DNA of 53,391 nt from a virus (lineage: Duplodnaviria; Caudoviricetes): positions 1-53,391 of IMG/VR virus record IMGVR_UViG_3300025889_000161, one strand, 5' to 3'. A program made the translations under genes and the position numbers. Below, one piece after another: positions 48,315 through 53,391 of the stretch (its first letter is position 1; each line of letters opens with the position of its first letter). A model generated the notes under the pieces. That model worked only from the letters and a program-made list of their open reading frames with translations, was not told where the DNA came from and did not search any database.

Positions 48315-48389
48315 CAAATATCTAGTTTATACGAAAGATATGAGTAATTTGTATGCAATATTTCTAATATTTTTACCATCTACTATAGC
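48315..48389 (-). promoter_or_regulatory. Putative late promoter with upstream GCTATAG motif
   Basis: GCTATAGTAGATGGTA (48374-48389) and -7-like GATATTTG (48315-48322); no clear -33 box. Confidence 0.45.
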
Positions 48390-50731
48390 TAAAATAAAGA
48401 TTTATTAAAGTTTGTAAAATGCCTATCCCAAAATTTATCTGATATTATAGCATCTTTTTTATTATTAATGATTCCGGATGTTAGTTTAGCTCTATCTTCT
48501 TTTAGTATCATAAGCATACCCATAGCAGATACTCTATCCGCATTTATCTCTATATTCCATGCTATTAATTCTTTTAGGTATCCTATACTTCTAACTGTTT
48601 GTAGATTTAATTTACCTTTATCTTTATCTTCTTCTTCATCTTCTCCTACTTCTTGAAAATATGCTGGAGCAACTAACCAATCTGCTTGTAGTCTTCTTCC
48701 CCATCTATTTATTTGGGTTCCAGAATTAGTACCTTTAGCTTTATTACCATAATAATTTGGCTTCATCATGTCCATATCTTTTAGGATAGTTGGATTATCA
48801 CATAATAAGTATAAGGCATTTTTCTGATCAAAATATGAAAATAAACCTTTCTTATCATTCTCATAGTTACATATAGCATTATAATACACTAATAATCTAT
48901 ATACATTTTCATAAAACTCTGTAGCTGTTCTAGGTCTACCTGTATATTCAGCTACTATCTGTTCAGTTAATGCATCCATTATAAATAATGATCCTAGCGA
49001 ATTAGTACTAGATTCATCATCATCATATGGATCACATCCAGCTATATATCTACCTCTAGTTACTTTACCATCTGAATCTCTATAGGGTTTTTGGAATATC
49101 TCTATACATCCCTCTTTATTTTTATTATCTCTAATTGGATAATCTCTAATTGGAGTAGCTTCGCTAAATACATCTATATCTAATCCATCATTTTTATATA
49201 CAAGATTACCTATATAATGTTGCCCAACAAAACTATTTAAGTTTGGCATTACTTCTGATAAGTATTCCTTTAAATCAGCTACAGGAAATATAGTACCTTC
49301 AGTACGCATTACTGCCTCTTGTGGTACTAGTGGTTCCTCAGCCATAGCTTGTGTAATAGCTGTAGGATCAGTAGAATGTTTTCTAATTGTATATCTATTA
49401 CATAATATTTCTATTAGTGCTTTGATAACATCAGGTTCTCCATTCTTTTCATCATAGCAATTATTTCTATTTAAATATGCTCCCCAAAAGAAACCACACT
49501 TAGTACCACCATTAGTATTTTTATCATATCTGTTTGGTACTCCATAAATATTAAATACTCCTGGATTATAAAATAACTTTTCAGAACCTTCAAAAGAAGC
49601 ACCTTCAGTACCACCAGTTCCACCAGCTAACATATATCCAAAAGATACATCACCATCCTCTACAGCTTTCCTGTTAACATTCCAAGCTTTTTCTAGATTA
49701 GGGAATAAACCATCTTCTTCATAATGAATCAACGGACCCCTTATACCCCTGGCTTTGTCAGGATTATCTTTTAATGAAATTCCAAATACTGAAGATAATA
49801 AACCCTTACGAGTACCATACTCATCTTCGTATCCAAGCTGAAGTTCCATAGCTTTCTTACCATCTACTAATTTCATTCTAGGAAATGGTGTATGTTCAGC
49901 TATCCAATCTAATGTATCTAGTACTTTACCCCAGATACCTTTATCTCCTGAAAGGAAACCTTTATCTGAAGCTAAATGAAAGTTAGGATTACCAGAACCT
50001 GGGAATACATACATATTTCTAGGACTCCATGATCCAGTTTTAAATGAGAATCCTACACCCCTAGTTTTAAGTAATTTTCCATGCTGACCTCTATCTTTTC
50101 CTTGTGATACATAATGAAAGAATAAATAGTCTCCTAACCAAGGCTTTGGAAATTGTCTCTTCCTTTCCCCTTTAGTTTTTGATTTAGAACTATCCTCATT
50201 ATTTCCATCATCATATGATGTTATTTTTTTTATCCATTCTTCTGTAGTTAATGGTGCATCAATTTCTTTTGTTAACCATATTGGAGCATAGTTCCAATAA
50301 AAGTATAATTCTCCGGGTATCCATTCTCCATCAGATTCTCTAACATAACCATCTTTCCATCTTCTTTTTTCTTCTCTCCAAAATTCTGCATATTCACTCT
50401 TTGGATTACCATTTGGTGTAATGTTTGTATATCTACCATTGTTTTCAAAAAAGATAGCTCTTTCTCTAAAGTAGTCCATATCCTCTAGAATATGTGGCTT
50501 TGTAATATCTATTACTTTTCTACCTCTCGGATCAACTTTACCTCTATCCATCATAAAAGGTCTATCTTTAGCGAAACCCCTTATTTCTTCTGGCTGTATT
50601 AACCAATGAATGTGCTCTACTGTAGATATATAATCTATAATAGAAGTATATACTTCTTTTGGAAGTATATTAATTAATTCCTCAGTAAGAGGAGTTTGGA
50701 ATTTATTTAAATTATTCAAGTCCATCTTCAA
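48389..50731 (-). CDS. terL: Terminase large subunit
   Basis: 780 aa. Walker A-like LKTRGVGFSFK, Walker B-like IHYEEDG, GTGG coupling motif, nuclease YIAGCDPYD and DRVSA. Confidence 0.93.
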   Translation of the reverse strand: MKMDLNNLNKFQTPLTEELINILPKEVYTSIIDYISTVEHIHWLIQPEEIRGFAKDRPFMMDRGKVDPRGRKVIDITKPHILEDMDYFRERAIFFENNGRYTNITPNGNPKSEYAEFWREEKRRWKDGYVRESDGEWIPGELYFYWNYAPIWLTKEIDAPLTTEEWIKKITSYDDGNNEDSSKSKTKGERKRQFPKPWLGDYLFFHYVSQGKDRGQHGKLLKTRGVGFSFKTGSWSPRNMYVFPGSGNPNFHLASDKGFLSGDKGIWGKVLDTLDWIAEHTPFPRMKLVDGKKAMELQLGYEDEYGTRKGLLSSVFGISLKDNPDKARGIRGPLIHYEEDGLFPNLEKAWNVNRKAVEDGDVSFGYMLAGGTGGTEGASFEGSEKLFYNPGVFNIYGVPNRYDKNTNGGTKCGFFWGAYLNRNNCYDEKNGEPDVIKALIEILCNRYTIRKHSTDPTAITQAMAEEPLVPQEAVMRTEGTIFPVADLKEYLSEVMPNLNSFVGQHYIGNLVYKNDGLDIDVFSEATPIRDYPIRDNKNKEGCIEIFQKPYRDSDGKVTRGRYIAGCDPYDDDESSTNSLGSLFIMDALTEQIVAEYTGRPRTATEFYENVYRLLVYYNAICNYENDKKGLFSYFDQKNALYLLCDNPTILKDMDMMKPNYYGNKAKGTNSGTQINRWGRRLQADWLVAPAYFQEVGEDEEEDKDKGKLNLQTVRSIGYLKELIAWNIEINADRVSAMGMLMILKEDRAKLTSGIINNKKDAIISDKFWDRHFTNFNKSLF

Positions 50732-51272
50732 ACATACCCATTGTTCTGGATCCTTTTTTCTTACCTTCTACTTCATTTTTTTCTTTAATAATTTCTTTTT
50801 CTGCAGCTTTTAAATCCCTCATAATACCTGGTACTTGTTTAAGAGCACTTGTAATACTATTAATTGTGTATACAGGTTTATCTTTATCATCTCTTTCTGA
50901 TAATAATGCTTCTGTTTTAGATAGGTGATTAGCTATATCATTAGCTGACTTAGACGCACCTTTATATAAATTACCTATTATACTAGTTGATCTCTCTATA
51001 TAAAAATCCATAGCCACTTGTAATACAGGATCAATTACCCACTTCTCAGGTAACATTAAATCTTTTTTTATTTCAGCTATTCTATCTTCTAGATTAGTTA
51101 TATAATCATAATCAGAAACTATATCACAATAGTAATAAATAACAAGCATATCTTTAAGAGCCTTTTCTTTTTCTTTTGTTTTATCTCTATCTAGTAACTT
51201 CTTAAATGGTTCCAATGCCCAAGTTTGTTCATCTACTTGAAGTACCCAATTTTTCATTTTAAATAATCTCAT
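50712..51272 (-). CDS. Putative terminase small subunit / conserved protein upstream of TerL
   Basis: 186 aa, helical, overlapping the TerL start; RDKTK.K..A motif. Confidence 0.5.
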   Translation of the reverse strand: MRLFKMKNWVLQVDEQTWALEPFKKLLDRDKTKEKEKALKDMLVIYYYCDIVSDYDYITNLEDRIAEIKKDLMLPEKWVIDPVLQVAMDFYIERSTSIIGNLYKGASKSANDIANHLSKTEALLSERDDKDKPVYTINSITSALKQVPGIMRDLKAAEKEIIKEKNEVEGKKKGSRTMGMFEDGLE

Positions 51273-51721
51273 ACTCCTATCATTTTAAGAACTTTTTTTA
51301 GTTCGGATTTATTTTTTATTATTATATCTCTTATCATATAATCATCTTTCCTATGAATAGTTACTGTATGGTCCTCTACATCATAATGTAGTTTAATACC
51401 TTCTTTATCAAATATTATTAGTGAATATGGGTCTGATTTATCATATGCATACTCATCATGCTCCCACCCTAAACTCTCTATATCTTCTCTGTCTAAGTAT
51501 TTTACTCTAAGATTTTCACTTTTTAAATAACTAGCTAATGTTTCAATATAACTATCTTGCTTATAGCTTGAGTATAAGTCAGATGTTTTTAACTCCTCTT
51601 TATTCCATATCGCTTTCTCAGGGCTCTTTCCATATTCAGTAGAAGCTAAGTCTAGTATTTCGTACTCAAACCCTATATGAAGTTCTTCTATTTCTGGTGT
51701 GTAATATTTATTTTCTTCCAT
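51269..51721 (-). CDS. Hypothetical Bacteroidota-phage protein
   Basis: KYYTPEIEE.H.GFEYE...RVKYLDREDIESLGW...IKNKSELK pattern. Confidence 0.6.
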   Translation of the reverse strand: MEENKYYTPEIEELHIGFEYEILDLASTEYGKSPEKAIWNKEELKTSDLYSSYKQDSYIETLASYLKSENLRVKYLDREDIESLGWEHDEYAYDKSDPYSLIIFDKEGIKLHYDVEDHTVTIHRKDDYMIRDIIIKNKSELKKVLKMIGV

Positions 51722-51917
51722 CTATTAATTTCTTTTCTTCTTCATTAACTTTCATAAGAGTATAGTTTCTATTAGTAGGAAATACTTCTTTATAATCTCC
51801 TATTCTAACATATTGTACTTCCCCATTAACTCCTATTTCTTCAGGTGAAAACATATGATAAACTAATTCACCATCTTTATATTCTCCTTTGTATGTTCCT
51901 TTCTTTAGTACTGCCAT
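51708..51917 (-). CDS. Hypothetical protein
   Basis: 69 aa, tightly coupled, typical codon usage. Confidence 0.55.
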   Translation of the reverse strand: MAVLKKGTYKGEYKDGELVYHMFSPEEIGVNGEVQYVRIGDYKEVFPTNRNYTLMKVNEEEKKLIDGRK

Positions 51918-51921
51918 TGTA

Positions 51922-52137
51922 TTACCATTTATTTAAGTCACACTTATTAGTCTCTCTCATACTTCTTGTTTTAGCATAAAGAGGACATCCACATTCTTTA
52001 CAAGTATTATTTACATTACTATCACACTTAGCACAAATATTGGCTCTAGATTTAGCTATCTTTTCAACTTCAGGATCCATAATTGCATAATTCTTCCATC
52101 CATCGTAAATATTTAAAAGTTTATCCTTCCAATGCAT
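51922..52137 (-). CDS. Small Cys-rich Zn-binding protein
   Basis: R..ICAKC...CKECGC.L.AKTRS.....C...KW. Confidence 0.7.
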   Translation of the reverse strand: MHWKDKLLNIYDGWKNYAIMDPEVEKIAKSRANICAKCDSNVNNTCKECGCPLYAKTRSMRETNKCDLNKW

Positions 52138-52756
52138 TATGTATTTTATTTAATTGTATTATTATTTTAGCAAATCCTCCTGCTTGTTCTCTAGCTATTA
52201 AATTCTTACACATTACTAATTTAACAAAATCTATATCTATATTACTATTGGAACATAGTTCTGCTTCTCTAGGTAATTGTTCTATAAAATTATTTAACAA
52301 TTCTATATTTTTATTATAACTATCTTCTCTATATAAATTCTTTTCTCCTCTATAGTATTTGCTGTTTTCTTTATTTCCGTAATGCATTGCTGTAACAAGT
52401 ACTATTTTTTTATCTGGATACTCTACTAGACTATCTAAATAGAATTTAATATTTCCAAGATTCATTAATCCTCTGTTTCTAAAATCATCTCCAGTTCTTA
52501 CATGTAATAATACGTAAGAATCATCATATAGTTGTATGGAGTTTTTTTCTTGGTATTCCTTAAGTACTTCATATAATAAATTTAAATCCTTATTCTCATT
52601 GGTAGTTTTCTGAAAATAGTTATACATTATTGTATCCTTATAAATAGGATTCTCTAATAACTCTTTAGTTATACCATACCCTTTAGGGAAATTTAATATA
52701 TCATGAACTCGATATATCTCATTTCCCTTTAATATTTCTATTTTACTTAAATCCAT
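52121..52756 (-). CDS. Fucosyltransferase-like (GT-B, GT11-type motif) protein
   Basis: VLLHVRTGD (HxRxGD nucleotide-sugar motif), IVLVT, and D.DF..L..CK.LI....GGF. Confidence 0.5.
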   Translation of the reverse strand: MDLSKIEILKGNEIYRVHDILNFPKGYGITKELLENPIYKDTIMYNYFQKTTNENKDLNLLYEVLKEYQEKNSIQLYDDSYVLLHVRTGDDFRNRGLMNLGNIKFYLDSLVEYPDKKIVLVTAMHYGNKENSKYYRGEKNLYREDSYNKNIELLNNFIEQLPREAELCSNSNIDIDFVKLVMCKNLIAREQAGGFAKIIIQLNKIHNALEG

Positions 52757-52762
52757 AATTTA

Positions 52763-53391
52763 TTATCTTACATTACCTGGATCCATTTTAATAGATTCTG
52801 CTAAATGATTTTCTGAATAATAAACAACTGCCTCAACAGTAAGAATCATTTTAGCAACTGATGCTGCATTTTCTAATGCAGCCCTAGTTACCTTAGCTGG
52901 ATCAATAATACCTTCAACCATCATATCTTTTATATATGTATCATTATTGGCGTTATATCCAGTATTCTTAATTGTTTCAATTGCTGTTTCAGTTTTATCA
53001 TCTAATTCTTTACCTGCATTATCTAAAATAGTATAGAAAGGCTCTAAACAAGATTTACCTACTATTCTAATTCCTAATAATATATCATCATTATCTACAT
53101 TATATTTATTCTTTAGGATATGCTTACCAGCTTTATATAGTGAAACTCCTCCTCCAGGAATAATTCCTTCATGTAAAGCTGATTGTGTAGCAAGTATAGC
53201 ATCTTCAATTCTATCTTTCTTTTCTTTCTGTTCTAACTCAGAATTAGCTCCAATATAAACAGTAGAGATACCTGAGAACATTTTAGATAACCTATCACTG
53301 TGTCTATCATCAATACCTTTAGGTGCTTTCTTTATATTTTCTAATATAGATTTCTTTCTATCTTCAATCTCATCTAAATTCCCAGCTCCAC
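52763..53391 (-). CDS. groEL: Phage-encoded chaperonin GroEL (C-terminal part; truncated by window edge)
   Basis: Frame open to the window end (GAGNLDEIEDRKK...DRLSKMFSG); E.KEKKDRIEDA..AT, GIIPGGG.SL and GIIDPAKVTRAALENAASVA. Confidence 0.93.
   Translation of the reverse strand, partial: GAGNLDEIEDRKKSILENIKKAPKGIDDRHSDRLSKMFSGISTVYIGANSELEQKEKKDRIEDAILATQSALHEGIIPGGGVSLYKAGKHILKNKYNVDNDDILLGIRIVGKSCLEPFYTILDNAGKELDDKTETAIETIKNTGYNANNDTYIKDMMVEGIIDPAKVTRAALENAASVAKMILTVEAVVYYSENHLAESIKMDPGNVR

Noticed and set aside
48297-48317. TTG start for the portal given by the ORF track
   Set aside because: The TTG lies inside the putative -7 promoter box; ATG at 48296 is more plausible.
43159-50731. 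Introns or inteins in TerL, portal or MCP
   Set aside because: The ORFs are uninterrupted and of expected size, with no intein C...HN or homing endonuclease motifs noticed.

Overview
This is a 53.4-kb, very AT-rich segment of a crAss-like (Crassvirales) phage genome infecting a Bacteroidota host. Its architecture resembles Cellulophaga phage phi14:2 and crAss001. All credible genes lie on the minus strand in the standard genetic code. In transcription order (right to left): a truncated phage GroEL, a fucosyltransferase-like gene, small genes, putative TerS, TerL, portal, scaffold-like protein, major capsid protein, ring/auxiliary capsid/tail-hub genes, a compositionally distinct fibre/receptor-binding block (DUF1566 and LamG proteins), a lysis cassette, a metallophosphoesterase, ring proteins, the muzzle, five cargo/ejection proteins including a 2191-aa single-chain virion RNA polymerase (GSDFDIDK), and a truncated host-like secreted protein. 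The most striking unexplained pattern is that the three giant cargo proteins (5212 aa in total) contain only five cysteines, four of them at the termini facing each other across the two gene junctions, suggesting a head-to-tail disulfide-linked ejection chain. Other leads are a shared upstream motif at near-fixed spacing from two late promoters, a promoter/uORF/terminator attenuator candidate, ADP-ribosyltransferase-like and ASCH domains in injected proteins, and a nested LamG insertion. All assignments rest on motif recognition and synteny; no database searches were run.
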